Shown here: positions 34,952 to 46,228 of the stretch, in pieces
Numbering within the stretch: position 1 is the stretch's first letter
Layout: each line of letters opens with the position of its first letter
The notes under the pieces: model-generated
Seen by the model: only the letters and a program-made list of their open reading frames with translations
What the model was told of the DNA's origin: nothing
Database searches by the model: none
Position numbers and translations under genes: made by a program
Assembly: GCF_006345805.1 (NCBI RefSeq)
Contig: NC_043012.1
Location: 32,860,001-32,924,000, forward strand
Direction of reading: 5' to 3'
DNA from: Octopus sinensis
Lineage: Eukaryota
Length of the DNA stretch: 64,000 nt

Positions 34952-35288
34952 CGAAAACGAAGGTAGAAATTTTTTTTAAATAATTTGAATCGCTTTTCCA
35001 TACGTACGAGACAGAATAAGCTGCATTAGCATCAACACTTGTTAGAACGAATAACAGCATCAGAAGCTCTCCGTTTTTCAAAAATATCATTCAGTTGTTT
35101 GGGCAAAGCTTCTTTTCCCGTCCACAGGCAAATAAGGAGTTTGGTTTGTGATGACAGTGAGGGTTAAGTAAAATGAAAAAGGCAGGTATGTATTTGCAAG
35201 TGCAAACGTCCCACAGCTGACTGCCTATAACTGCAAATCCTCTCGCTCAGAGCATATGCACATTCCTTCTTGCTGAAAGTGGTGATTC

Positions 35289-35448
35289 AGGAGTGGCTGT
35301 GTGGTAAGTAGCTTGCTAACCAACCACATGGTTCCGGGTTCAGTCCCACTGCATGGCATCTTGGGCAAGTGTCTTCTGCTATAGCCCCGGGCCGACCAAT
35401 GCCTTGTGAGTGGATTTGGTAGACGGAAACTGAAAGAAGCCTGTCGTA

Positions 35449-35527
<79 letters not shown>

Positions 35528-35730
35528 TTGTGTGTCTGTGTTTGTCCCCCTAGCATTGCTTGACAACCGATGCTGGTGTGTTTACGTCCCCGTTACTTAG
35601 CGATTCGGCAAAAGGGACCGATAGAATAAGTACTGGGCTTACAAAGAATAAGTCCCGGGGTCGAATTGCTCTACTAAAGGCGGTGCTCCAGTATGGCCGC
35701 AGTCAAATGACTGAAACAAGTAAAAGAAAA
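35289..35730 (+). mobile_element. Well-preserved family A tRNA-derived SINE with a long internal (TA)n
   Basis: gtggctgtgtggtaagtagcttgct A-box-like and gggttcagtccc B-box-like head; TA tract at about 35447-35518; ends gactgaaacaagtaaaag. Confidence 0.88.
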
Positions 35731-35949
35731 AATGAGTTCATTTTCGACAACATCAATGATGTTGAAAAATTGCCGATACCAGTCATCGGTGACAGAGCGA
35801 GCACCTTCTTCAGTAGTTGTTGTATGTCTCAAGTACAGTGGTGTATTCTTGGAACAAAGTGTTAGGCGTTTTCACAAAGTCAGCAGAGGATATTTCGCTG
35901 AAATAGTTTTCAAAAACATTCTCGCTTCTCATTTTTGAAAGAGTGTTCT

Positions 35950-36190
35950 TATATCGACCCCAGTGCGTAACTGGTACTTAATTTATCGACGCCAAAAGGA
36001 TGAAAGGCAAAGTCGACCTCTGCGGAATTTGAACTCAGAACGTAACAGCAGACGAAATACCTATTTCTATTTCTTTACTACCCACAAGGGGCTAAACACA
36101 GAGGAGACAAACAAGGACAGACAGACGGATTAAGTCGATTATATCGACACCAGTGTGTAACTGGTACTAAATTTATCGACGCCGAAAGGA
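35950..36190 (-). mobile_element. Family B SINE with an adjacent partial copy
   Basis: atcgaccccagtgcgtaactggtacttaatttatcgac..aaggatgaaaggcaaagtcgacctc occurs twice. Confidence 0.8.
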
Positions 36191-36230
36191 TGGAGTCGGC
36201 GTCCATAGAATTAGGGTCGTAACTCTAACG

Positions 36231-36458
36231 CAGTGGTTCCCAAAGTGACTCCCCAGGAGGGGAGAAAGACTCGGCAGAGCATTGAAAAGTGGGGTGATAA
36301 TGGGGTGGCTGAAATGAGGTAATGGATATAAAAATTTTAAAAAATAATGGGTTGATTGGGTTAACTTTTATTTGTGAAATACAGTTGTTTTGATATTTGC
36401 TGCAGAAAGTTGTGTAGGTTTGTGGTTGTGGGATCGAAAAGATCCTTGGGAACCACTG
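36231..36458. mobile_element. hAT-superfamily MITE (228 bp) with a perfect 8-bp TSD
   Basis: TIR cagtggttcccaa / ttgggaaccactg; TSD ctctaacg at 36223-36230 and 36459-36466. Confidence 0.92.
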
Positions 36459-37445
36459 CTCTAACGACTTGCTAATGCCTACTTTCGATTCAGGGGCTGC
36501 TGCAAAACTTTTATGAAATTGGAAAAATATGAAAGAAAAATTACAAAAAGGGAAGAAAGATCTTTTCCTAATCAAATGTTTATTCATTCAATTTAGTCAA
36601 AATTGTTTTGACTGACTTTATAAAAACGAAATGAAAAAATGGAGAAAATGGGGTGATTCTAACTTGTATTATAAATATAAATTAGCATTCCGTGGTCAAA
36701 CGAGTATCAAGTTTAAGTTCCCAATTACAAAGGAGAATCTTTATTATGATCAAAGACGACCTTACAAAGATGGGTACATAACAGGACAAACAAGAACAAA
36801 AAATGTTTACACGAGTTCGCATGAATATCGTTTTAAAAATTTGCTAAAAAATATATTGTGCAATCATTAATTATCCTTTAAGCTAGAACATTTTTTTAAA
36901 GAATAAAACATAGAACGAAAACAAATAAAAGTTAAAAAGATCGAAACCAGCAGCCTAAAAGGCCCAGCAACTATCAAATGATTAAGCTGGGTTACTAGCA
37001 CCCACCTTTCTCGTCACATCCTTCCATCGTTTCTCATATTCTCTCGGTGGCAGGGTCTTCCTCTCCAACCACATCTTGCTCTTCAGATGGCATCTGAAGA
37101 CAGCAAACCGGGGCCACAGACGAAGGACCCTCTCACAGAACCTTCCATTCTCGTCCTCGTTCCCAATTTCGAAGGTAGTGATTTTTAAAAAAAATTGTAA
37201 TTAAGGTTTTTGCTAAAAATGATGCATTATGGGAACAACATTAGTGAATAATCTAAACCCGTACCTCAAACCCGACTTCCAAAACGACGTGGTACCGTCC
37301 CGTTTTTATCAAAGATAATAATGGCTGAAATGAAGCTGGCTTGGCATGCAATAACTGTTGACTGTTCATATAAATAGAACTGATTAATTTTCTTTATTCT
37401 TGCGTTAAGTTACAATTACGCAGTGATGCAGTAAAATGATTGATA

Positions 37446-37733
37446 CTACTTGAAAACAGTGGTCCCGGTGCGCGCACTCGCGTACTCGCGCTAGCTAGTC
37501 ATGACTAGTCGATCCTTACTTTGTGTTTTTGTTATTTACTTTGTTTTAAAAATATTTACTTTGTGTTTTTGTGTTTCATTTACTTTGTTTAACAAAAATT
37601 ATTTACTTTGTGTAAAAAATTATTTATTTTGTGTTTTATTTACTTTGCTAGGTAGTCGTTGTAGGATCGACTAATCACGACTAGCTAGCGCGGATGCGCG
37701 AGTGCGTGTACCGGGACCACTGTTCGCTAGTAG
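37446..37733. mobile_element. MITE with CpG-rich TIRs of about 70 bp and an internal array of TATTTACTTTG motifs
   Basis: ctacttgaaaacagtggtcccggtgcgcgcactcgcg.. pairs with ..cgcgagtgcgtgtaccgggaccactgttcgctagtag; TA on both sides. Confidence 0.85.
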
Positions 37734-38029
37734 TACCAAAATGATTTATACAACCCAGCAAATGAGCAGAAGATTTTCCAGCATTCTTTTTCCTGCAATC
37801 AAAAACTTAAGTTAGCTCATCACTTTGTGCCACAGCTATTTGTTATGATAGAGCAAGCGCGATCTTAGATGAAATATCGGATCTCCCGACATATTCATTA
37901 TACTCTGATGTGCAAATAATTTAAATGCGATTTAAATTGAGGCTGTAAGCTTTTATACTTGAACCAAGATGGTTTTTTTTTTTGTGTGGAATGACTCTTG
38001 AAAGTGTCTCATGTTTTATCTGCTATCTT

Positions 38030-38212
38030 AACTTGTTTCAGTCATTAGACTGCAGCCATCCTGGGGCACCACCATGTAGAATTTTCAGTCGAATGAATCA
38101 ACCCAATACTTTTTTTTAAGCAGGAACTTATTCTATTGTTCTCCTTTTGCTGAACCGCTAAGTTTCTGGGACATAAACACACCAGTATCAGTTGTCAAGA
38201 GAAGGCGGACAC

Positions 38213-38243
<31 letters not shown>

Positions 38244-38405
38244 GCAGGTTTCCTTCAGTTTCTGTTTACCAAATTCACTCACAAGGTTTTGGTCGGCCTG
38301 AGGCTATAGTAGAAGATACTTGCCCAAAGTGTCACGCAGTGGGACTGAACCCCTAACCACGTAGTTCAGAAGTAAGCTCCTTAATGCACAGCCACGCCTG
38401 CACCT
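38030..38405 (-). mobile_element. Family A SINE
   Basis: Reverse complement of the family A consensus with an internal CA tract. Confidence 0.8.
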
Positions 38406-40259
38406 ATATCTTTTTATTATTATTTTTTTTTTATCTGACATCTTACTTTATCATTAAGTACTAAAACAAACAAGAACGTTTTCCACACAGACTGTAAAGA
38501 AAATTTGTGATACTAGATGAATACCCAGAAAGTCAGCAACTGAGACAGTCTTGCATGGCTTACCAGTAGCAGAAATTGCTCTACAAAAATTCTAGATGGT
38601 GAAGTAATGGAAACAGTGCCTTGGAATTCTTAGTTGTTTTTTTTAAATTCTGAAATAAAGTGTTGGACAGTGCTTTCAGTTTATCCATATTTTTACAGAA
38701 AAATAGTCTAGATGTAGCCATAGTTGCTCATTTGATTTGGTGTTTTGAAAAATATGGAAAAAAATGGAAAATAAATAGAATCTCAATTCAGATTAAGAAT
38801 GAAACCATTGAAATGGCTCAAAGATGTTAAACTAATATGAAATAGATCTTTTCGCTTTGACCGACAGATTTTTAAAATAATTTCTTTGTAACTAAAAAAT
38901 GTTAAACTTCGTATACTGCATACAGAACATAAAAAACAAAGATTCCATGATGGAATTGCAGAGGATGAAAGAATATTTGACGTCTAAAAAATGTCATTGT
39001 TGAATCTTAATTATATAAACTTATATTCTGTTATAAATAGTCCGGGAGATTTGAATATTTTAAAATTTAGCTTCCAAATTTAGTTAGATAAAAAGCATGT
39101 TGATAACCCAGACATACGTCGTCCTTCATATTGAGCTGGTCAGTTGGTCGGCTGCATGAATGATAATTGAAGCAAACTTATTGCCAGACATAGAGTATTT
39201 GGTGTTGGCTATTTACAATGAACAATATTAATAACTGTTGACTGGGAGAGAGGAAAACTGCTTTGAAATTATAGAAAGCTATTGTATAATATGCGGTCGG
39301 TCCAAAATAAAATCCAGTCACCTGCGCAATGTCCATGACGACGGAGATCCGTTGGCTGTTTGCACTCATCAAACGGTTTTAATAGAGGGAAGAGGTTTTA
39401 TTCTAGAACAATCGAGAAGACTGGTCGTTGTTTACTCATGGGTTCAGGAATTGACTTCAGTCAAGTTTTGTGTTGAAGAACTGCGGATGGGCCATTGCAC
39501 GGCTGTTCATTATAACAGCTATGTTAGGGAAGTATGGGCGGAGGACCTGCTCTGTCGTCCAGTTAAGGTTGTTGCTCCTGGGAAGATTGATCAGAAGTTT
39601 CTTATTTTGAGAAAGATTTCGTTTGTAATGTGCTGTTTATTGAATAAAATGCATATTGAATGCTTTAAACAACAAAATACGTGTTGTTCACTTGATTTTT
39701 TTTTGTCATCGAGGTGATTGTGAGGTGTGCTAAAAATAACAGCTAAATAGGCTTTAAATCATGCAACCCTACACTTATTTTCGGTAAAATTACAGCGTAA
39801 CATGTTACTCTGTAATTTTACCTTGTTTTCTTTCTTTTGGTATACATTATTCGCAAACATTTTCTGAAAATTCCAAAAACTAAAAGTTATAAGTCGTGCG
39901 TAATTCATTTGTTTTCGGTTCCATATAAAAACACAAGAGATGGATCGGACAAGTACTATTTTCAGGATGTTGACAAAATGTGCAGTCAAAAACAACCGGA
40001 CTAAAATACCTTAAAGATGGCCTGGGCCTAAAAACGTTCAGCCACACCCAAACAATAAACTATGCAGACCTGAAGATGACATCAATATCAACATGAAGTG
40101 CAGCTTTTACTCGGACTTGTGATCGCTACAACAAATCACACTTCGAAAGCCATGCATTTGCATTCCAAGAGCAAAAGATTGTTACAAAAATAAATAAATA
40201 ATAAGAAATTAAAAAAAAGACAGTGGATCCCCAAAATGCAACCAAAAATGCCGATTATG

Positions 40260-40768
40260 TTAGGTTTTTGTGATTAGTATGTTCAAATATGTCATCACTT
40301 GGTGATGCAACATGGCGTTGTCGTTAAAACGACATACAATGCCATAAAAAAGTGTTTTGAGATATGTAGTGTGATGGAGGAAAAGGACAACAGAAAAAGA
40401 AGTAAACGGGAGAAAGAAATACAAAAGGCCTTACCTGTTGACCTTGGCGAAACCAGCGGTCACTCTCACGAATTAAACACATCTTCTGTCTCTGCTCGAA
40501 CTGAGCCCACGTGCTTCCTGCCCACGCATGTCGTCTGCCTGTCTCTCCGGTCCCTGCAAGCCTTACTTCCGTCCACCTCATCTGCAATCCCCTCCACCAA
40601 CACCACATAGCTCCATCACAGCCCATAACACTACTAACACCACATTAGGTTTTTGTGGAAGATATCACACCTGTGATTAGCATGTTCAAATATGTCATCA
40701 TTTCGTGATGCAACATGGCGTTGTCGTTAAAACGACATACAATGCTATAAAAAAAGTGTTTTGAGATA
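40260..40768. repeat. Direct repeat of about 104 bp (40260-40363 and 40645-40768) flanking a 281-bp GC-richer insert
   Basis: Both copies read ttaggtttttgtg..atgttcaaatatgtcatca..catggcgttgtcgttaaaacgacatacaatg..gtgttttgagata; the second has an extra 18 bp. Confidence 0.85.
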
Positions 40769-41064
40769 AATCTAGAGAATACACCCTAATATTGAATATA
40801 TAAATAAACATGAAGATGAAGAATATTAGTGGAACATCCCCATCAAATCTTCCTCCAAATGCAAACATAACAGGGACGGATATCGTTGATTGGAAAAGAC
40901 AAGAAAATAAATGTACGAGATGCATTCCAGAAATTTTGGAGAAGCAGTTATGACTGTCTGCCAAGTTTTGCTTTTCTTGATTGAAACATTACTTTGAGCA
41001 CACATTACTAAACACTGCTTGTCACAACCGACTAATTTGCAGAATGCAGTCGGGACATAAAAGA

Positions 41065-41630
41065 CAATATGGAAGATCGTTGTGCAATAAAATTTTTTGA
41101 CTGGGCAAAAACACTACAGATACTTATGAAATGCTCCAGAATGCTTATGGATTAACTCGTAAGAGCCGAATACAAGGCGCCAGGCACAGCAAGTCCACCA
41201 GGAAGTTCATGATGATCCCATTTTTTGACAGCAAGGGAATCATTTACGTCCGCTGGGTTGCCTACGGCCAGACGTTCGATAAAGAGTACTTTGTGGAGGT
41301 TTTGAGAGAATTCGTCACAAAAAGCCAGACATGCACCAATCCATGATTGCATCCTTGTAACCAAACTACTTCACAGAAGTGGGCATCAAAACTGTTCCTT
41401 ACCCTCCTTACAGTCCTGACCTTGTTCCCTGTGACGTATGTTTATTCCCCCAAATTAAAGAAGAAAATGGAAGATGTGACCAAGGTCCTCGACATTTTCA
41501 CTTTGGAGGACTCCCATAGGGAACCTTCACGAAGTGGTTGGAGTACTACAAGTGCATTCAAGTCAGAGAAGCCAACTTTGAAGGAGATTAGAGCTTTCTA
41601 CTTCTTTGAAACTAATAAATATATCTCCTG
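41065..41630 (+). mobile_element. Internally deleted mariner relic
   Basis: MEDRCAIKFF..GKNTTDTYEMLQNAYG; KFMMIPFFDSKGII; a PYSPDLVPCD motif (ccttacagtcctgaccttgttccctgtgac). Confidence 0.8.
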
Positions 41631-43149
41631 AAGAAAGTTTCAAAACTTCTGTTGTGCATCTTGCATGTACTGTCATCGTCCCCAGCTGCCCTGTTGATGT
41701 GAATGTCTCTTTGAAAATCAAAGAGAAAGAGGATAGCTATGGACAACCTCTACATGTTCAGCTTCTATATTCAGATTATATATTCACATTTATAAATCGT
41801 AATTGGTGCACATTCACTATTCTTATATCAACCATTTTAACCTAAGCCGTTTTTACATGTAATATTTTTACCTTCTGTTGTGTCTGGGGAGTCATTTTCT
41901 TTTTGTGCCTCATAATTTAACACACACACCGGTAAAATTTCCACTTATTTCTTATTTTTACTTTCCTAAAATTTTCGTTGCGTCTTGCAACCTTTTCAAA
42001 AGATTTGGGGGTTGCCAAGGTTGTTGACTCCGCAGTTACAGACACTCTGCGTCGGTAACTTAGCTTCGATTCCTTGTTGAAATCATTTTATTTATCAAAA
42101 ACCTCAAGGTTTGTCTTACACACACACATCTCCCCCTCTCTGTCTCTTATCTATCTGTCTATCTATCTATCGATCGATCGGTTGATCTATCGATCGATCG
42201 ATCTCTCTATCAGTCTCTGATCTTACTAGCTATACTGCATAATTATAGTTGTCTTTAGACAGTGCGCAGTACAGTGTGAAAAGCTATTAAAGGCCAGTAC
42301 TCGACTAAGAAACAATCGTATATGTAAAAGTCTCCCCACTCCGCCCAGGCTAGTTGGAGATCGGTAATGAATGTTGATTTGACAATAACATTATTAGGAC
42401 ATACGACCTGTATGTATGTTAAGTAGGTAGTATTAGAAGGTGGTGCTCAACATGGCCACAGTCGCATGATTGAAACAAGTAAAAGAGTTATGAGGGGTTT
42501 TATGTTGTGCGTAATTCATTTGTTTACGATTTCATATAAAACACAAGTGCTATTTTCAGGATGTTGACAAAACGTGAAGTCACGTACAAAATGACAGCTT
42601 CCAAATCCTGTTTCCTGGCTGGGTGAAAATGATTAAACTTTAAACCTTTATAACATTTTAACTCCAGCAATTCAGCATGGAAAACTCCATAATTCTACCA
42701 AATTTTAAAATTCCCGATAAACTTTTGATTTTGATCTTGGCAGCCAAATAGAAAAGTCTTGACGCAATATAATGAAAAGGCATTTAATGACGAGTAACTG
42801 TAAATAGTTAGGATGTCATCCACTTAATTAAAGAGGGTGACTTTAATGGTTGGAGATACGAAAACAACTTACTTTAGGTTAAGTCACTTTTATAATCTAG
42901 AAGGAGAGGTCCAAAAGCAAACTCATTATATAGACAAGCGTTATGTTTGAGTAAACAGTTTTCCATCATTAAATGACCTTTTCTTTTTGCATCAAGATTT
43001 TGTCAGACGTTTTCTGTATGATCACGCATTATACTTTTCAAATTAAAACTAGTTGTACAATAAACTGGATTTAAGCTGAATAGAATTTATACAGTTTTTA
43101 ATGCCGAAAATATATATCCATTTATAGAAGTTATTTTTAAAGTAGTTTT

Positions 43150-46100
43150 TCAACACGTTTTCTCTTTCATTAGTTGCAAAGTTTTTGGTTGCTTAATCCA
43201 GTGGATAAGTTCTGCAATACTGACAATATAAACATCAGACATGTTAACCAATTTAGAGATAAAGTTTTTCAAACCTTCCAAGTTGTGCTTCTGTGAGGGA
43301 TTGAACCAGTCGTGTCGCAGATGGACTCCAAAGGGAATTTTCTTTTGGTAATGAACTGCTAAATTTTTCAGAAGAAATTCCAGAGTATCTTTTGTAGTAC
43401 TTGGATTAAATAAACAGCCGTCAGCAAAGACGCAAGTGTAATTATATTTGTCTAATAGTGGTATTACTGGAACTTCCCAAAATCCGTAAAAATTGCCAGT
43501 TGGACATTTCCCAATGAGACATTCTCTTCCCCAGCCAAAATCAAGAGTGAAAGGCCACCTATAATAACTTTGTTTGTAAATCAACGTCGAATCATAAATA
43601 AAATGCTCTTTTTGCAAAATCTTCATTTGATCATTGCCCAAAGGAAATATACTTGGAGAACGCCAACCAGTTATATTAACAGCTGGGATACCAGCACCAC
43701 GAGTCATTTTAAACTTTTGACTTTGAATATCTAAAGCTAACATACTTTTGTTTGAGTAGAACGAAGTACTATTTCCCTGAAGACCAATATCCATATCAGC
43801 TTCGTATAATTTTCTGACGAGGTCATAACGAGTGCCTGCATCCGAAACAAAGTAAGTAGCTTTTATGGGACATCTGAGGTTTAGATGCGATAGATTAAAC
43901 AAAGAGATCATACTGTAAAAGAATTGATTAGTAATGGGTCCGTTGAAAGTGAAATACACAAACTGAGGAATATCGTCCATCTTAGCTATACCTACATTAG
44001 TATTCATGCAACGACAATAAGGCAATAAGCAATTATTTCCCTGCTGGCATGTCTTAAACGTATTGTTATTCATATGTTTGCTTTTAATGGATATTCTCTT
44101 TGAATATCTAGAGCTAAATTCCTGATTTCCAACACCAGCTCTAGCCTGGAAGTTACTTTTAAATGGTTGACCAGTTTCGTTAGCAATAACTGATGTTTTC
44201 CATACATCATCAGCTTGCTCAGATGCTTTTAGTACCTTCTTGTCTAAAGCAAAGCTTGTATTCCTTCTTATATATGGTGAGTTGATATCGATGTTGTTGT
44301 TTCCACTGCTGTTGTTATTAATACTTCGACTAGTCATTAAAGAACCCAAGCTAGATGATTGGTTAACTGTTAAGATGTTTAAACGGTTTCTTTTTGCGTT
44401 ATTGTATCTCATTAGGTTGTTCTGGGACGTTCGTCCTTGCAAATGTCTTGTTGGTGTATTATTTTGAGGAATTTTAAAGAAAATTTCTGATTTATCCATT
44501 GATACGACTGTTCCATTCTTGTACATACCTAGTTTTTCTTGGAAATCTTTTGGTTGGTTAATGTGATATCTTGGGAAATAACTTCCAGAATATAGTCTAG
44601 AATGGTCAACATTTTTTGTTTGTTGTTTCTGATTATATATTTTCTTTTTCTTGTTTTCTTTGCCATTTTGCAGGGAGGCCTCGGTATTCATCTGTTTTAA
44701 GTGTTCTTTGTCTACTGATTCTTTGATGTAGCTAGAAAATTGAGATTGGTCATTCTGATTCCAGCCATTAGTTAAGTTAAAATTTCTAGCAACCCACTCA
44801 CGGTTCTTCGTCGTAACATGTTCAGTTACTGGCATTGATTTCTTTCTTGATTCTGCCCCGGTGTTAAGAGACTTTATTTCTTCTTTTGCTCTTCTTTCTT
44901 TATAATCTGTTAGCTTGTTTCGAGACATCCATAAGTTGTCGGAAATTGAATCACTTGCGATATTATATGAGAACTTATCACTGTCTTCTAATACTGATAT
45001 ATTATATAATCGATTTTCCTTCGCAATATATCTCTCCTCCAAATGTGGCTTGAATTGCTTTTGTAATAGCCTCTCCTTTTTGTGAATATCATTATATTTG
45101 TACTGCGGCAAGAAATTTTTGATAAAGTCATTCGAAGAATCGCATTGCCAAGATTTCAATGAATTAATCTCAGAGTTTTTAACAGGATTTTTAACCCATT
45201 CCAGCATTTGCTTGATCGTGATGATGTGAACATCTGGTTTTTTCAAAAGTTCTCGAATAAATCGATCCATTGCTTTCAAACGGTATGGATCATCGGGGTA
45301 ATTATAGAAAAACCAAGCTGCATGCATATGTACACCCATTGGAGCCCTATTACCATTGTAATAGTCCAAAAAATTGTTCCATAAATATCTATAAGCTTCT
45401 TCGTAGGTCGTCGGTGGAAAAGTACAACCATCAGTGTATACACAGTCATAGAGTGTGTTTTTATCTGTCACAGACACCACAGGTACCTCCCAAAAGCCAG
45501 GATGTTGCATCTGAGGACAGTTTGGGATTTGACAACGAAATGGCCAGCCATAATCCAGCGTGAAGGGATATATTGCTTTTCTCTGTCTTTTAGAATAAGT
45601 TAGAGTCGCATCATAAATATACCCACCTTCTTTGAGGATTTCAACCTGTTTGTCTCCGAAAGGTTTAAGGAAAGGACTTCTCCACCCGATAATCTCGTCT
45701 TTAGGAACATTTCCGAAACGCACCAAGTTGTCTTTTTGTCCAAGTATTTCCTTTCTAACTTGAACAAGATTTATATCACTTCTGTGGTTTACACTATGAG
45801 AAGCTATTTCCATTCCTTGTTTATAAAATTCATTCACGAGGCGATAGTCCGTGTAATTGTGAGAAACAAATAGAGTGAACTTGATTCGACATCCATTCGG
45901 ATTCTTCCTCTCGGCCGAAAACAATTTCCTGTACATTTTCGTTGTTTGAAGGGTTACGGCGTCGTCGAATGTGAAGTAAACAATTTGGGGGAAATCTGTT
46001 ATATTTGCTCCATTCGTAGGTAGAGAATCTTTACAACAGACGCATTTTGGTGGGTAACAAGTGGAGTTCTGTTGACATACCCGACATACTCTCAGCGTAC

Positions 46101-46164
46101 TGGTTTTAATTATTATGATATACACGAGGAAAATATGAAGACTAATTCGCAAATATATGTACAT
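43150..46164 (-). CDS. Secreted chitin deacetylase-like protein (1004 aa, single coding exon) with two CE4/NodB polysaccharide deacetylase domains joined by a low-complexity linker of about 360 aa
   Basis: Uninterrupted 3015-nt ORF; aaaccATG context; hydrophobic N-terminus. Domain 1 (aa 30-341) has CxxxxxCxxPxCxC, TFDD (45961-45972), HSVNH (45784-45798), RSPFL and PMGVHMHAAWF, matching animal CDA motifs 1, 2, 3 and 5. Domain 2 (aa 706-1000) has the same scaffold with degenerate motifs. Confidence 0.9.
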   Translation of the reverse strand: MYIYLRISLHIFLVYIIIIKTSTLRVCRVCQQNSTCYPPKCVCCKDSLPTNGANITDFPQIVYFTFDDAVTLQTTKMYRKLFSAERKNPNGCRIKFTLFVSHNYTDYRLVNEFYKQGMEIASHSVNHRSDINLVQVRKEILGQKDNLVRFGNVPKDEIIGWRSPFLKPFGDKQVEILKEGGYIYDATLTYSKRQRKAIYPFTLDYGWPFRCQIPNCPQMQHPGFWEVPVVSVTDKNTLYDCVYTDGCTFPPTTYEEAYRYLWNNFLDYYNGNRAPMGVHMHAAWFFYNYPDDPYRLKAMDRFIRELLKKPDVHIITIKQMLEWVKNPVKNSEINSLKSWQCDSSNDFIKNFLPQYKYNDIHKKERLLQKQFKPHLEERYIAKENRLYNISVLEDSDKFSYNIASDSISDNLWMSRNKLTDYKERRAKEEIKSLNTGAESRKKSMPVTEHVTTKNREWVARNFNLTNGWNQNDQSQFSSYIKESVDKEHLKQMNTEASLQNGKENKKKKIYNQKQQTKNVDHSRLYSGSYFPRYHINQPKDFQEKLGMYKNGTVVSMDKSEIFFKIPQNNTPTRHLQGRTSQNNLMRYNNAKRNRLNILTVNQSSSLGSLMTSRSINNNSSGNNNIDINSPYIRRNTSFALDKKVLKASEQADDVWKTSVIANETGQPFKSNFQARAGVGNQEFSSRYSKRISIKSKHMNNNTFKTCQQGNNCLLPYCRCMNTNVGIAKMDDIPQFVYFTFNGPITNQFFYSMISLFNLSHLNLRCPIKATYFVSDAGTRYDLVRKLYEADMDIGLQGNSTSFYSNKSMLALDIQSQKFKMTRGAGIPAVNITGWRSPSIFPLGNDQMKILQKEHFIYDSTLIYKQSYYRWPFTLDFGWGRECLIGKCPTGNFYGFWEVPVIPLLDKYNYTCVFADGCLFNPSTTKDTLEFLLKNLAVHYQKKIPFGVHLRHDWFNPSQKHNLEGLKNFISKLVNMSDVYIVSIAELIHWIKQPKTLQLMKEKTC

Positions 46165-46228
46165 GGTTTATCTTCTTGTAAAGCACCTTCCTTCGAAACG
46201 TTCGTGTTAAAGTGTGGTGGAAATAACT

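Noticed and set aside
39178-39717. 159-aa + strand ORF and minus-strand fragments in a GC-richer block
   Set aside because: No motif recognised and no coherent splice frame; possibly a decayed transposon, but unsupported.
40260-40768. TRIM or mini-LTR element interpretation
   Set aside because: Repeats lack TG..CA termini; no polypurine tract or primer-binding site in either orientation.
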